Shown here in pieces: positions 12,023-25,170 of a stretch of DNA of 64,000 nt. The stretch lies in assembly GCA_038087875.1 (NCBI GenBank), contig CM075988.1, positions 11,534,001 through 11,598,000 on the forward strand. Direction: 5' to 3'. Within the stretch, counting starts at the first letter, position 1. The number at the start of each line of letters is the position of its first letter. The stretch is from Malacoraja senta. Taxonomy: Eukaryota. The notes under the pieces were generated by a model. That model did no database searches and was not told the origin of the DNA. It saw nothing but the letters and a program-made list of their open reading frames with translations. The position numbers and the translations under genes are program-made.

Positions 12023-13564
12023 CTCGGGTAACTGTGGGAATGTTGCAGTTGAACTGAGAGCTATCCAGCATCAACTCTGGATGAGGTGGAATAATCCTTG
12101 ACACAGACGTGGCACTGTATTCAACACAATGAAGATGGGTCACCCACCAGTTACCCCAAAAGATCACCTGAAAGCACGAAAGTGTTTGGGCCTCGAGCAC
12201 TGCTGCATATTCAAGCAAGAGGCAAATTAGCAAAAGAGTTGTTCTGCCATGACAGAAGCATTTACTGCAACTTTGCTGGAATTTACAATGAATTTCCAGG
12301 CCACTCTTGTTTCATCAGCTGCCCACAGACATCAAAGGCATCCTGTACATGCCCAGGTGTGTAATGCTCCTGTCAAACACCAGGCAGCTGTTAGTGAGGT
12401 GAAAAGTGAGCACAGTTCCTCTGCCACCAAGATCAGAATTCAGGCTAATGTTCAGAAACAGGAAAGGATCTGTTAATGAAGTATATCATCTTTTTTATAA
12501 TAGAAGATCGCTGGCATTTGCCCCACTACCATATAAACAAGCCCCACTCTCGCATGTAAATTATGATCTCTTGTATAATTTTTTAATGGTAGCTCACTGA
12601 ACAATTAATGTCATACCATCTGTAGATCATTTAGGTTGGTTCAAATTTATTTATTCCTGCCACTGCTTTGCATTGGAATTTTGCTACAATTTCTGAGATA
12701 AACAAGGGAAACCGCCCCAGATTTACAGCACAACTTTAATCAAAAATGACCTTTTTGTGACTGGTGACTGGTTCCAATGGAGACATTTTTTTTTAGCTTA
12801 CAGTACAGCACAGTGGCCCATTCATCTTCATTGGGGGAAGAGATTTCAATTCACTGCAGAAGCCAAACAATACTGTGGCAGTATCTGTTCCACTTGGTGA
12901 TAATTGATATTGAATGCCAGTTGGCAGTTTTGTGGATGAAGATTCCAAGTGTAATTATCTGAGTGAAATTCACAGAGGAAGCCAGTGACATCTGTACAGA
13001 GGAAAATATTGAAGCTGTGCAAAATGTTTAAGGCAGACAGAAGCAAACCGAGAATCCACAAACATATTCAAATGTATTTTCCATCAATTAATTGACCTTT
13101 CAAAGCACATCATACTGTTCCCAACAATGAACTGCCTTCAGATGAAAACACAATCTAATTTAGTCCATTTCACATTGCGATGGTATAAAAATTAGAATTA
13201 ACCACTTTAGTCTTTCAAAGTTGTTCTTTAATCGATGCATGTTCTCCACTTAAACGTGCAACCACTTATATAATCAAAAATAATTTCCTTTCCCAACAAT
13301 GTCTTTGTTTCAAAAGCTGCAGCCAACTATCATCATTGATTGGACCAATAGGTGGAACTGTTCCAGATTGTTTATGAAGTGAATGTATAATGGGAGGTAA
13401 TCAAGAATGCTTTGGGGTGACTTGCCTTCTGATCGCACTCATTCTCTCGACCACAGCTAAATGATAACTTGCAACTTGCAAAGTTAGTTCATCTCAGGTA
13501 TTCTGTTGCAGTTTATCAGCCTTTGGTAATGATACTTGACATTTAGTGCTGTTTGATACTAATT

Positions 13565-14010
13565 CTTAAGGGATAGGAGTGAATTTAGGCCATTCGGCCC
13601 AGAAGGTCAACTCCACCATTCAATCATGACTGATCTATCTCTCCCTCCTCACCCCATTCTCCTGCCTTCTCCCCATAACCTCTGACACCTGTACTCATCA
13701 AGAATCTATCCCTGCCTTAAAAATATCCACTGACTTGGCCTCCACAGCCTTCTGTGGCAAAGAATTCAACAGATTCACCACCCACTGACTAAAGAAATTT
13801 TACCTCATCTCCTTCCTAAAATAACTTCCTTTCATTCTGAGGCCATGACTACTAGTGGAAACATCCTCTCCACATCCACTTTATCCAAGCCTTTCACTAT
13901 TCTGTATGTTTCAATGAGGTCCCCCCTCATTCTTCTCATGTCCAGCGAGTACAGGCCCATTGGCGATAAACGCTCATCAGAGGTTAACCTCCTCATTCCT
14001 GGGATCATTC
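13565..14010 (-). mobile_element. CR1 3' fragment with 3' UTR
   Basis: Reverse complement parallels the ORF2 end of the 6437 copy (MIPGM, LNSLPQKAVEAKS) and the GGGGAGAAGGCAGG tail. Confidence 0.85.
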
Positions 14011-14271
14011 ATGCTGTCACCTAAAATCTTGATTTCAGAAGGTGAACATTAGACCCATCAATCCATGCAGGTTGTCTTCCCAATCAAGTCAGCTCCATTC
14101 CCCCTTTGCCCCACAAAGCTATCTGTAAAATCAATCCAATTCCCTATTGAAACTGGAATACATTGTTTTTTATCATCCTTCATACCACACCTCGTGATGA
14201 CCACTGGCTGCATGAAAGGTTTTACCAGTTACTTTCAATCTTTCACTTATAACCTTTGATTAATTTCTCTG

Positions 14272-14612
14272 GTTTAGGAGGCTGAGAGCAGCCTTGATAT
14301 AAGTTTATAAAATTATGAGAGGTCAGAACTTTTCTCCAAGTGTGGAAATGTTAAAGACTAAAGAGTCAGAGGGAGAAAGTTTAAAGGAGATTTGAGGCAA
14401 TTTTTTTTTACACAGAGAGTGATGGGCACCCAGAACGTGGTGCCAGGGGTTATGTTGGAAGCCGGTAGTCATTTGAGGCTCTTATATGGACACATGAAAA
14501 TGCAGGGAAAGTAGTGTAATGGGGGATGTGCAGACGGAAGAGGTTATTTAACCTGTCGTCTTGATTGTCATAGACATTGAGGGCTGAAGGGCCTATTCCT
14601 GTTCTGCATTCT
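14272..14612 (+). mobile_element. CR1 3' fragment
   Basis: GGAGGCTGAGAG...AAGTTTATAAAATTATGAGAGG...TTTACACAGAGAGTG...GGGCTGAAGGGCCTATTCCTG. Confidence 0.75.
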
Positions 14613-14644
14613 AGGTTTCATTTTCTTTAAACAATAAAGGAGGA

Positions 14645-14943
14645 AGCCATTCGGCCCATTGTGTCTATGCTAGCTCTGATGGGGTCAATCCCATTGGGCC
14701 TGTTCCCTTCTCTTATCACCTTATCCCCCTGCAATTTACCCTCTCACACACACGCCCAACAACAACAATGGGATCACTTTACATTGGCCAGTTTACCTAC
14801 CAGCATGCCTTTGGGATGTGGGAGGAAACCATAGCACCAGCAGGAAGAGAACATGCAAACTCCACAAAGGCAGCACCAGTGGTCAGCATCAGACTCAAGT
14901 CCATGCAGCCTTGAGATGGCAGCAGTACCTACTAAACCACTGT
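14645..14943 (-). mobile_element. Old V-SINE
   Basis: TTTGGGATGTGGGAGGAAACC...ACATGCAAACTCCACA is the reverse V domain. Confidence 0.65.
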
Positions 14944-15124
14944 CATTTGGTTCTCCACTCTTCCATTGCGTAAATAATTTCCTCTTTATTCACCTTCTCT
15001 ATGCTAATTGATAATTTTGAGGCCACTTTTATTCGGTAATTCTTAGTCAAGCTCCTTGACCGTTTAACACTTGCAGAGTAATAGCGCATGCAAATTGATT
15101 GAGTTCCTGGTATATTTTTCAGTA

Positions 15125-16030
15125 ATTGAAAAACGAAGAGCTGCAGATGCTGCAACTCTGAAATAAAATTAAAAATGATGGAAATAATCAGCAGATAATC
15201 GCCATCTGCAACAGGGTTAATAATTCAGGGCAATAACTTTTCGTTAGAACTAGAGAATTGAGAAGCAGGTGTGATTCAACTTGCAGAGATGGGGAGGGAT
15301 AGAGAGAACTGAGATAATGTCTGCGAAGGTTTTGAAACCAAAGTTGCTGAAGACACACAATTGTATTCAATGCCACCCAAGCAGGGGAAATGTATGCTTG
15401 TTAATTGTAGCTGAGGAATGTAAATAGAGGGGAATGGCATTAGTAGAGAAAAGCATGCTGGAATTATGTGATGCAGAACAGGAGTTGTTGTAAATCTGAG
15501 ATTTTAAAAAAAATACTGGAAATACTCAGTAGATCAGGTAGCATCCATGGAGAGAGAAATCTGAGTTATTGCTACAGCTGTATGTTTATATATCAGAAAT
15601 ATTGCAAAATAAACTTACAGCAGCAATCTCAAAAGATAAGTTGTCTTAGATTGCTGAATTAGCTCTTGTATCCCAATGGCTGCTAGGTACCCAGTTGGAA
15701 GATAAGATCATAAGGTTATAAGGATTAGGAGTAGAATTAGGCCATTCAGCCCATCAAATTTACTCCACCATTCAATCATGGCCGACCTATCTCTTCCTCC
15801 TAGCCCATTCTCCTGCCTTCTCCCCATAACCTCTGACACCCATACTAATCAAGGATCGACCTATCTCTGCCTTAAAAATATCCACTGACATATGAAACAG
15901 AGTATTTAAGCATAGTTAAGATAGAATGGTAAAGCAACAGTGGACTGCAAGATCAGGGGCACCTTTGCAAAGATATTCCACAAAATGATTACTAATCTGC
16001 AGTTGATTTCTTCCTTTGAGAGCATCATGA
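15125..16030 (-). mobile_element. Ancient Penelope remnant (terminal repeats plus GIY-YIG C-terminus), interrupted by a CR1 tail at ~15705-15890
   Basis: GAGCTGCAGATGCTG terminal motif; reverse translation of ~15640-15710 gives LIFQLGT*QPLG..FSNL, like LIFHLGSLQPIG at ~24985. Confidence 0.5.
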
Positions 16031-16059
16031 GCAAGAGGCTATGAAGTATGACAGAAGAG

Positions 16060-16265
16060 GCATGCTGGAATAGCTCAATGGGACAGGCAGCATCTCAGGA
16101 GGACATAGATAGGCGATGATTTGGGTCGAGAACCTTCTTCAGACAGAATGGTTCCCACCCAAAATGTTGCCTATCCATATTCTCCTGAGATGCTGCATGT
16201 CCCACTGAGGTACTCCAGCACACTGTGTATTATTTTGTAAACCAAAGTCTGCAGTTCCTTGTTTC
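16060..16265. mobile_element. Fold-back Penelope terminal-repeat element
   Basis: TGCTGGAATAGCTCAATGGGACAGGCAGCATCTCAGGAG is inverted relative to CTCCTGAGATGCTGCATGTCCCACTGAGGTACTCCAGCA; decayed hammerhead motifs lie between. Confidence 0.75.
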
Positions 16266-18719
16266 TATATCAAGAAATACAATTGCTAGTTCGCATGGAA
16301 GGACTCTCCAGAATGATGGAGAATGGGGAATTGAATCCTACCTTCATCTGTCAGAGTTCTACTTTTTAACTCTGCTTAAAATCTACTTACCTGCTGACAC
16401 ATGTCTTGGTATCATGAGCAGTGAAATGAAGTCTTAACAGGATTGTAATAAGATACAGTGCTGCCGTTCTTTACAATGGTCATGGTGTAAGTATATTTGT
16501 GAGTTGTGGGATTTAGTGAGTGTTAAGAAAGCAATGCAGTATATAAATTAACACAGTCTGTTCCATCATTTATCTTCTGCGCACTGCATCCATAAAAAAT
16601 ACTGACCAATAACAGACGTACACTCTGAAAACTTACTGCGACATCAGATGGTTGAGGCTTAACTGTGACATATCATTTATTCTATGGATGTGCTTATAAA
16701 GGCTGAATGTGAAAGGATGGGGGTAAACTATAGGGAAAAGTATTTTAGAGTTGTTTGCTCCCTTTGATGAAATTGCTTCATTAAAATGCAGAGCTCATCT
16801 CTTTGTGTGAACTTTACTGGGTCCCTGCCTTCTTAACTTTGGATGGATCCAAAAGGCTTCTCTGCTTGTGCCAAGGTGGCCAGCCGGTAATGATGTTTGA
16901 TTTAGTCTGCTGGAGGCCTTGGTCCGGGATTTGCATTCTCCAGCCTGCAATTTCCAGCTCATTAATTTTAATGTGCGAAGAATCAGAGGCTCCGAGAACA
17001 GAAAGTGGACGCCCTGGCCCGATGACAGTGAAGGATATTCGCCTTGTTGTAGCTGCGTTGGGACCACTTCTCCAAACACCAGTCACAGTTCAGTGAGCTT
17101 CGGAAACTCAGGGACGTCTCTTCCAGTCCCAATCTGCATGTCTTTTCTTTAAAGGGATTGCACTTCAAATCAGCGCCTTTTGCTTATGAGCCTTCCTGAC
17201 ATTGATTGATGTGACATAACCACACCATCTTCTTCATATCTTAAGACTATGTGCTGCTGTATGGCTGCTTTTCAGCACTAACCCTACCTGCACCGGATGT
17301 CTTTCTCTCTCCTGCATTCCCTCTCCTGAATATTAATGCACATGAATCTCTATCCCATAAGATGTCGTTCCCATGCTCTGGCGACCATTCAGACTGCCCT
17401 CTTCTAATTCTATCGGGTCATAAGCAGATAATGGACTTATTTTAGGAGAACTTTTAATCAGTCATATAAATATGCAGGATGTGTTAGCCATTTCACAGTG
17501 ATTATTCTGCAGGAGTGCTTTAAAACGAAGTACCACAGGAATAATTTCCATTTCCCATGCCAGCTGTCCTTGTGCCCTCTGCACCATTTGATTTATGCCC
17601 AGTGTTGGGAGTGGAATGTGGGACTGAACATTTGGATGTGCTAATTGCGGTTTCGGAAATTGCCTTGAATTAGAAGGCTGAAAAATGTGGTAAAAAAAAT
17701 GTCATGCCCCACATCAAATTGACCACCTTCTTCTGCTTTCTCACATCTAACAGCAGAATTCCTGCCACCATGCTCGAAGTACTGAATTGACAATGGGGAT
17801 CATTATACGGTTTCCATTGCCTATATAATGATAGGCAATTCACCATAATGCCTGGCTCTGCAAGGCAGTTTCTCCCCTCTGCTTAAATGTTTGACTTCTT
17901 TTCCCTGAAATGTGTGCCAAGGAATAGTCCATGGGTTATTTATTATCCCTTCACTGAACTCAAATGAAAACCTCTGAAGTGTTTTTTTAAGATCTGAAGA
18001 ACTTTGGCCTATCACTATCCTACAATAAGCATAGATGATATCTCCGAAAAGTCATAGGTAATAGCTTTGTGTTTCCATTTTATATGATTGTCCATAACCC
18101 CCAGAGATTCAGCCTGGCCCACTCCGTTACTTTACCACTTCATGTTCTATACAAGATTCCAGCATCTGCAGTTCCTCGTGTCTACATGCTCTCATATTAT
18201 TGCTGCTTTCCCAGATAAGAATGCATTTAAATTGCTATTGCCATTGCCAATTGCTATTGCCAAGATCCTGTGGGATCTCCACTCTTGTCATCAGGATCAG
18301 CCTCATTCTTACTGATCCTGCCAAGTTGCTGCTTATATCCCAGGGTATCTCTAGCAAATCTTGTCACTTCACATTCCGGTGGCAGGGGGTGAGATGCTGT
18401 ATGAATTCACCAGAATGACAATAGATCCACAAAAGGTTAACTTATGCTGCATCAACAATCTGAAGGAAGAACTCAAGGGGTCAAGCAGCATCTGTTGCGG
18501 AAAGGGATCGTTAATGTTTTGGGTCAAAACCTAGCATCAGACGGAGAATGAAGAGAGAAGATAGCCCTTCTAATTAGAAGAGAGGGAGATGTAAGGCGGG
18601 GGGGGAACAAGTGATGATAAGAAGCCAAGGAGAATCCATCACTGAATTGATTAAACTGAAATTAACAATCAAGAGGAATTAACAATCTCCAAACCACTGC
18701 AGGGAACATCGGCTACCGG

Positions 18720-18935
18720 TCAAATTACTTGGTACAGCACAGAACCGAGACTACCAAGTGGTGGGAGAGCATCGAGGAACAGAGCTGCAGTTGACTTAGA
18801 AACATGTGCAGGACCCCTACAGGAGGTCATACATAGAAACTTCAATTACTTGAATATTGATTGGCAAAGTGTTAAAGAGAAAAGAAGGGGTGGATTTTTC
18901 AAAATATGTTCAGGAGAACTAACTTAACCAGTAAA
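18720..18935 (+). mobile_element. Degenerate CR1 endonuclease-domain fragment
   Basis: Translates in pieces to IEEQSC, NFNYLNIDW, KYVQEN.LNQ, resembling the CR1 APE GDFN.PNIDW region. Confidence 0.55.
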
Positions 18936-19179
18936 AGAAAACCCAGTGTTTACACGAGCTCCAATGTTCTACTTTTGAATGTGAAGCAAGATTTGTACTT
19001 CCTTGTGGATTATTTAGTAATGTGGAGTTGATGAGAGGAATCCTCAGATTCTTTTCACTTACGATGTTCTGGTTGAGCTTCGGTCTCAGAACTGGACATT
19101 GCCAGCTTCATGCTGGTGTGTTTGATTCCAGCAAAGATGCAGATGAACAGTCAGCCAACAAAAGCAAATTTATCAGTAA

Positions 19180-19400
19180 AACGCAATGAACTCAGCACGT
19201 CAGGCAGCATCTGGAGAGGGAATGGCAGGTGAAGTTTTGACAGTCTGACGAACCCAAAAGACATCAGTATGAAGAAGGGTCCAAACACAGAAGGCTTCCT
19301 GTCCATTCCCTCCTCAGATGCTCCCTGACATGAAAGGTTCCTCCTGCATTTCAGGATTTTGCTCAAGACTCCAGCAACTGCAATCTCTTGTGTCTCCAAT
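19180..19400. mobile_element. Degenerate fold-back Penelope terminal-repeat element
   Basis: GTCAGGCAGCATCTGGAGAGGGAATGG is inverted versus CCATTCCCTCCTCAGATGCTCCCTGAC; ends CCAGCAACTGCAATCTCTTGTGTCTCC. Confidence 0.6.
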
Positions 19401-19597
19401 AAAGAAAAAATATGAAGTGAAAGAGACCATTTAGTCCATCATGTCAGTCGTGGTTAAAAAGAAAGATATGCTGCCCATTCACAGCATCCAGTACCAGGTT
19501 CGTAACCCTTCAAGTTCACACCCAAGTCCAGGCATTGTATTCCAGGTTCCTATTATCTTCTCAGTGAAGGCATGTTTTTCTTCTCTTCTCTGCTTAC

Positions 19598-19737
19598 AGG
19601 GAAATGGGGAAAAAGCAGGAACGGGGTACTGATTTTAGATGATCAGCCATGATCATATTGAATGGCAGTGCTGGCTCGAAGGGCCAAATGGCCTACTCCT
19701 GCACCTATTTTTCTATGTTTCTGTTTCCATGTTTCTA
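19598..19737 (+). mobile_element. CR1 3' tail
   Basis: GNGEKAGTGY* end and TTTCTATGTTTC tail as in the 6437 copy. Confidence 0.85.
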
Positions 19738-19907
19738 TCCTTTCACTCGTGACTTTCATTACAAATCAATACACCAGCAAAGAGTATTCTGGCTGTTCTT
19801 GTTCAAAGTGATGAATAAAGGAAGTGAAGAGAGCAGAAGATGAATAAAGATGGAGAATGGTGGGGAGGAGACTGAGCTCCAGGAGGTCACAATCATGCTC
19901 CTACTAG

Positions 19908-20350
19908 GATGAGCCAAGAGTGGAAGATCGGTTGGTTGACTGACCATGGGTGATGCATCCTGGTCGGATACAAGCCTGGGCAATGTCACACGGAGTACAG
20001 GCTGTTGCCCATGCAGCACACCCCCCCTCTCCATGTCGCTGATCGATCCAAAGGAACAGCAGGGCCGTTACAGTTTGGTACCAACGCCATCGCAGGAGCT
20101 GCCAGAGCGAGGTTGTAGACAACGACGAACTGCCTTAGGGGCTCCGACTCCGGATTTTCTTGAGGATTACTCCTGGAACCTTTTCCATGACTGGATATGG
20201 CCACAAGGCAGTGGAGGTTTTAAATCAGAGTTTTCCCTCTCCTAGATGGACTGCCTTCCCAGGCTGACGAGCCCCATCTGTCCGAGACTCGTGGGGGCGG
20301 GAGTGTCTACCTTCCTGTGAAGGTCTATAGCACCTGCCCACTGCCCAGAG
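19908..20350 (-). mobile_element. Probable RTE-clade LINE 5' region or RTE-derived non-autonomous element
   Basis: Reverse complement has GGGGCTCGTCAGCCTGGGAAGGCAGTCCATCTAGGAGAGGGAAAACTCTGATTTAAAACC, resembling a motif I recall from RTE 5' regions; GC-rich block with sharp edges. Confidence 0.45.
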
Positions 20351-20454
20351 ATTGGCTGGTTAATGATTATTATATAAAGAAGGTTAATAAGAGTTTTGGT
20401 AGATATCTCCAGAAAGCTAATGAGAGGTAATGTAATGGCTACACGTTATTCATA

Positions 20455-20592
20455 GAATGTGTTTAGTAAGGGTGTCAGGGTTATGGGGAGATGGCAGGAG
20501 AATGGGGTTGAGAGGGAAAGATAGATCAGCCATGATTGAATGGCAGGGTCGACTTGATCGGCTAAATAGCCTAATTCTGCTGCTATGTTATG
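20455..20592 (+). mobile_element. CR1 3' UTR tail
   Basis: GGGTTATGGGGAGATGGCAGGAGAATGGGGTTGAGAGGGAAAGATAGATCAGCCATG; also at 33545-33670, 35315-35435, 45132-45270 (+) and 51770-51905 (-). Confidence 0.8.
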
Positions 20593-21169
20593 AAATAGCG
20601 GGAGAAGTAGCAAGAAAAAGTCATAAGGAAAAGCCATAGATGAAGACTTATATTTGGATTATTGAGTGCAGCTGTTTGTCAACTCAATCGGTTTGCTCTG
20701 CAGCAGGCACGGCCATTCACAGCATCCATGGATTTTAGGTGTGAGGCCATTATTGTTCCAGGCTTGGTTTATGGAATTTGTCACTGCAACTATATTCAAT
20801 AGCCTGCTCGACTAGTTCTGTAAGACGCAATGAGCCTCAGCTCTGTGTTGTCAGAAAGAGTTACCAGGAGCATTTTCCCCACAGAGCACACTGTTCCGCT
20901 TCACTTCAGTAAGAGGAGTCAGTGAATCGCAGTTGATCTGTGTGATATGAGTTCTGCCTCGATCATGCACCTATTCCTGAGTTGTTCCAGAGAGATTATG
21001 GGATTGAAATAGCAAAATAATGGCTTGAACACGGCTTATCCTTTCCAATCAAAAGAAAAATATAACTATTTAAAACAATCCTATTCATTCTCTGCAAAAA
21101 ATCTGTTAAAAGTCTTATAATCACTTTTGATTCTTCCATAAGAAAGACTATCCAATTCACCTCTGACCC

Positions 21170-21390
21170 ATTGAGAACATTGGGCTTTATCTGTGAAACT
21201 GATGTACTACAATACTGAGAACTACAGTATAGCCTGCAGTATAACTATATAACTACATATAACTATATAACTACAGTATCTCCCCCTTTGCTCTATCTAT
21301 TGTATTTGAGTTTGACTTGATTGTGTTTATGTATCTATTTGGATCGCATGCAAAACAAAGCTTTTCACTGTACCTCGGTAAACCTAAACT
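21170..21390 (+). mobile_element. Rex1/Babar-like 3' UTR with an AACTATAT tandem expansion
   Basis: Similar to 59520-59722; ends CAAAGCTTTTCACTGTACCTCGGTAAACCTAAAC. Confidence 0.6.
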
Positions 21391-21759
21391 TCAAAACCAG
21401 AAGCAGGTATGCATTCAAACTTGCTGTGTCTTTCAATAAAATCATGGCTGAGCCTTTGTCTCATTTGCTCCACTTTTAACTCATCCACACAACCCTCAAT
21501 TCCATTTGTATCTAAAAATCCATCATTATCAGTGTCGACCATATTCAATGATGGAGCATTGAAATGTAGACACAAGGAAATGCAGATCTCTTTCTCTCTT
21601 GGGTTCTGCAATTTTCACTGAGGCTTAAAAAATAGCAACGCATCTATTTTTCTGACAATACTCACAAGAAGCACAAGAAACCATTGTATGCAGATGCCGA
21701 GAAGTGTGTTCAGCTCTGGCTGATCAATTTCTAATCTTGTGATGTGGACTCGATAAGAA

Positions 21760-22012
21760 GACAGCAATGAAACATGCCCTTTGGTCCAACTGACCAAGAT
21801 GCCCATTTAAGCTAGAACCATTTGCTTGCATTTGACCCACATCCTTCAAAACTGTTCCTAATCATATACCTGTTCCTAATCATGTAACCTTTGAACTGTT
21901 GATATTGTACCTGCCTACACCACTTCCTCTGGCAGCTCATTCCATATATGTACTGTCCTCTGTGTGGAGAAGTTACCCCTTAGCATCCAATTAAATCTTT
22001 CCCCTCTCACTT
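21760..22012 (-). mobile_element. CR1 3' fragment
   Basis: CACCACTTCCTCTGGCAGCTCATTCCA...TTAAATCTTTCCCCTCTCAC is the reverse of the VWNELPEEVV region. Confidence 0.75.
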
Positions 22013-22213
22013 GACAGCACATTAGCTTCAGCATTAGCTTTAGCAGTTTATTCTAATTATGGTTTCTCTCTGTCAGAACTGGCAGTGTGAAGTTGGTTTG
22101 CATGTGATTCCAGCATTTGATGAGGGAACAGATTGATCCACTTGGAGTGCTGCGGTCTGAACTCCTGACATTGATGTGGTTTTGTTCTTCCTTCAAGGGC
22201 ACCGAAAGAAACT

Positions 22214-22310
22214 CAGGGTCTGAAAAAGGGTCTCGACCCAAAACGTCACCCATTCCTTCTCTCCAGAGATGCAGCCTGTCCCGCTAAGTTACTCCAGCAT
22301 TTTGTGTCTA
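22214..22310 (+). mobile_element. Penelope terminal fragment with hammerhead-like motif
   Basis: GGGT-CTGAAAA-A-GGGTC-TC-GACCC-AAAAC-GTC-ACCC: 4-bp stem I and 5-bp stem II intact, two core G>A changes. Confidence 0.8.
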
Positions 22311-24326
22311 ATTCAACCTCGCAGGGACTCAGTCTCAATTTATTTCCATAATTTTGCTTATGGCTTCTTTAGCCTTCGACGAAAATCATGTCTGCCTTCT
22401 TGTGCTTTCACTCATTTCCTTCCCCTTGTTTTCTTTTTGACTTCGCACTTTCTCCAGATGCCTGTGAGTCGAAACGAGCGATAGAAGTCATTATCATCAG
22501 CGCCTCTCAATGTTTCTTCATTGCCTGGCAGGGTTGTCATTTCATGGGTTTCTGAACAGTTGTAGAGACAAGGTGAATATTACAGTGTGAAATAGGGCGT
22601 AATACTAGAGGTGTATGCTTACAACTTTTAAATCGGAATAGTGTGAACTGGGAGGAATCTAAGGTTTGTTGATAGTTATCGTTGATCGCTTCTCCCTCCT
22701 CACTGCCCACAGTCATAATAATAAGCAAGGTGAAAATGACCAGCCTAGGCTCCTGCAAGGATGTTGAGAACATGGAGGCCCACATGTTCCCCTCTGGGCA
22801 CTTTCTGTTGCCTCCAGGTCAAAAATAAACAGGAAAGCACTTGGACAGGCTGTCAGCTGCTGTCGGGAGAACAGATGAGACAACATGTCAAGTATGTATA
22901 TTGCACAGGAACAATTAAAGACAGGAAAGTGTATATGATTTAAAACTTGCCATTTTTTGCAGTGGATCTGTTTGCATTTTAACGTTTAAGGGTAAATTTG
23001 TGTGCAGGCATTCATAGCTTTGTTTAATATTAGATGATTACTTATGGAATTGGTTCTTGCTTACTCTACTTGGTACAGTCTGCTGATGAAATGTAAACTC
23101 CAACCCAGACAGATCTACACATGATCCATCTGCTCCTTATGGTTATATTAACTGCAGGGCTGCGTTCCTCCATAGAAATACAACGTGATGTAGTTTTGAA
23201 TGTTTCAAATAACAGTTGAGGATTGAGGCTCGGAGTTAGCAGGCCCAATAAACTGGGGAGCAATTTCTTTAATTAACTAAAGGCAGCCACTCTTTGTGAA
23301 AGCTTTGCTTATCCCCTGTTAATGGTTGTACTATTTTAAGAGTGAATTCCTGGTTCCTCAAGCAGAACATCAGCATGAACGTGTTGTATTAAATCAGACG
23401 CAATCTGAAATAAAATCCATTTTCTGTAGCCAGAGGACAAGTTGTCAAGCTTAGTGATTACACTAATGGTTTCCAACAGCCTAAGCTCCAACTAACAGAG
23501 GCTTACGGTCTCCAATACGCCTGTGAGCTGTGAACAGATCCTCCTAATCTGTTCAATAACTCAGTTTAAACTCCATTTTAGTTGCCAATGCTAAACGGGT
23601 GTGGAGTAATTGGATGGCAATCAAACTCATCTCCAGCTCTTTGGTGGGAAGGGAGGACCATGAGTGTAGCCTTGCACACAAAACAAGGACAAATTCCTCA
23701 CTGCTTGTCTTCAGCCAGATCACCTGGCACCAATTATCTACTGACAACAACCTCCTTAGTTCGGGTTCATCACACACAAGATTAATGGTTAAAAATGAGT
23801 TTATCCAAGGTTGAGTTGTTAAGATAATAATTCATGCATCTCCCCCCTGTATGTTTCCATATTAGTATGTTTCCAGGGAGTATCCATGTAAACCTGTCAG
23901 CTTCAATCTTCCTCATTGGGCATCTCCAGTGGCCCTGTGGCTAAATCCAAAATGTCCAGGAACCATAATGAACAGCAGTCATTTCAGTGCTCACTCTCAA
24001 TGTCAGTGCTCCACATCTCGTGATTCTTTGGTATACTTATCATCAACCTGTCCTTCTTTGGAATCTTTCCAGGTAGAACTTAAAGTGACTTTTTGATGCG
24101 AATGACACTTAAGGAATGGAGTTACTCTCCTCGGCCTGTTGGTGAAAGCACGTTGAACAGCCCCTGAAGTGTGCTGGAATCAATGGCAGCATCTATTTGG
24201 TAGCTAATCAAAAGCTTTGCTTTGATTAGTTGGGTGTTTCTAAAGCACAGAAGAGCCTGCCTGGTAAATAAAGATAATTGTCAAGCTAGCAGTGAAAAGG
24301 AATGATTGGGACTACCTGCAGGAGCG

Positions 24327-24390
24327 TTATCAAGCGACTTTGAGTCCTGAAAAGCGCTATATAAATACAATTTATTATTATTATTATTAT
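24327..24390 (+). mobile_element. L2-clade LINE/SINE 3' tail
   Basis: AAGCGACTTTGAGTCCTGAAAAGCGCTATATAAATACAATT(TAT)n. Confidence 0.55.
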
Positions 24391-24741
24391 CTATCTGTTG
24401 CAGTCCAGCTTTTGTTGCTTGACAAACTGAACACTACAAATGTTTTCACTCGGATGTCTATTGTCCTGCAATAAATCTGCACACAACCCAAAAGCATTAC
24501 AGAGCTTTGTAATTTTATTGTCAATGTGTAAGAATAATGCCCCTATTTAAAAAGAATAGTTTTCATTACTGAAAAAATATGTACAATACCTGGTTTTAAT
24601 TCATTCTGTTCAAACCATATTGACAAGCACAATAAATTGGAAGACTATGTAACTCTCCATGTCGGGGAGAATGCTCATGCCCACATATGAGGAAGACAGG
24701 GTAATATTATGAAACAAACCTCTATAACAATTGACGATCAG

Positions 24742-25170
24742 ACATCTCCTCCAACCTCATCTACTGCATTTGGTCTTCCTGACGTGGCCTCCTTTACATT
24801 GGTGAGACCAAGCGTAGACTCAGTGATCTCTTTGCTGAACACTAGCGGTCAGTCCACCAAGATCCTACTGGATCTACCAGTTGCTGACCATTTTAAGACC
24901 CCTTTCCAGTCCCACACTGATATTTCTGTCCCGGACCTCCTCCATTGCCAGAATGAGGCCACACGGAAACTGGAGGAGCAGCACCTCATCTTCCACTTGG
25001 GTAGCTTACAACCGATTGGTATGAATATTTGATTTCTCCAATTTTAAGTAACTAACCAACAAACAACCCACCACCTCCCTTCTCCACACACAGGCCCCAC
25101 CTGGACTCGCACCCATTTCTCACTTAGTTCCTCCCCTTCTACCTATATTCATTTCTCTGGCTTCTCAATT
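24742..25170 (+). pseudogene. Penelope-like (Neptune-type) GIY-YIG endonuclease C-terminus, disrupted
   Basis: Manual translation NLIYCIWSS*RGLLYIGETKRRLSDLFAEH*, frameshift, then DLPVADHF..LLHCQNEATRKLEEQHLIFHLGSLQPIGMNI; followed by a C/T-rich UTR. Confidence 0.9.

Noticed and set aside
16814..17086. DQGLQQTKSNIITGWP resembling a Gypsy pol linker
   Set aside because: A single short resemblance with no RNase H, integrase or LTR nearby.
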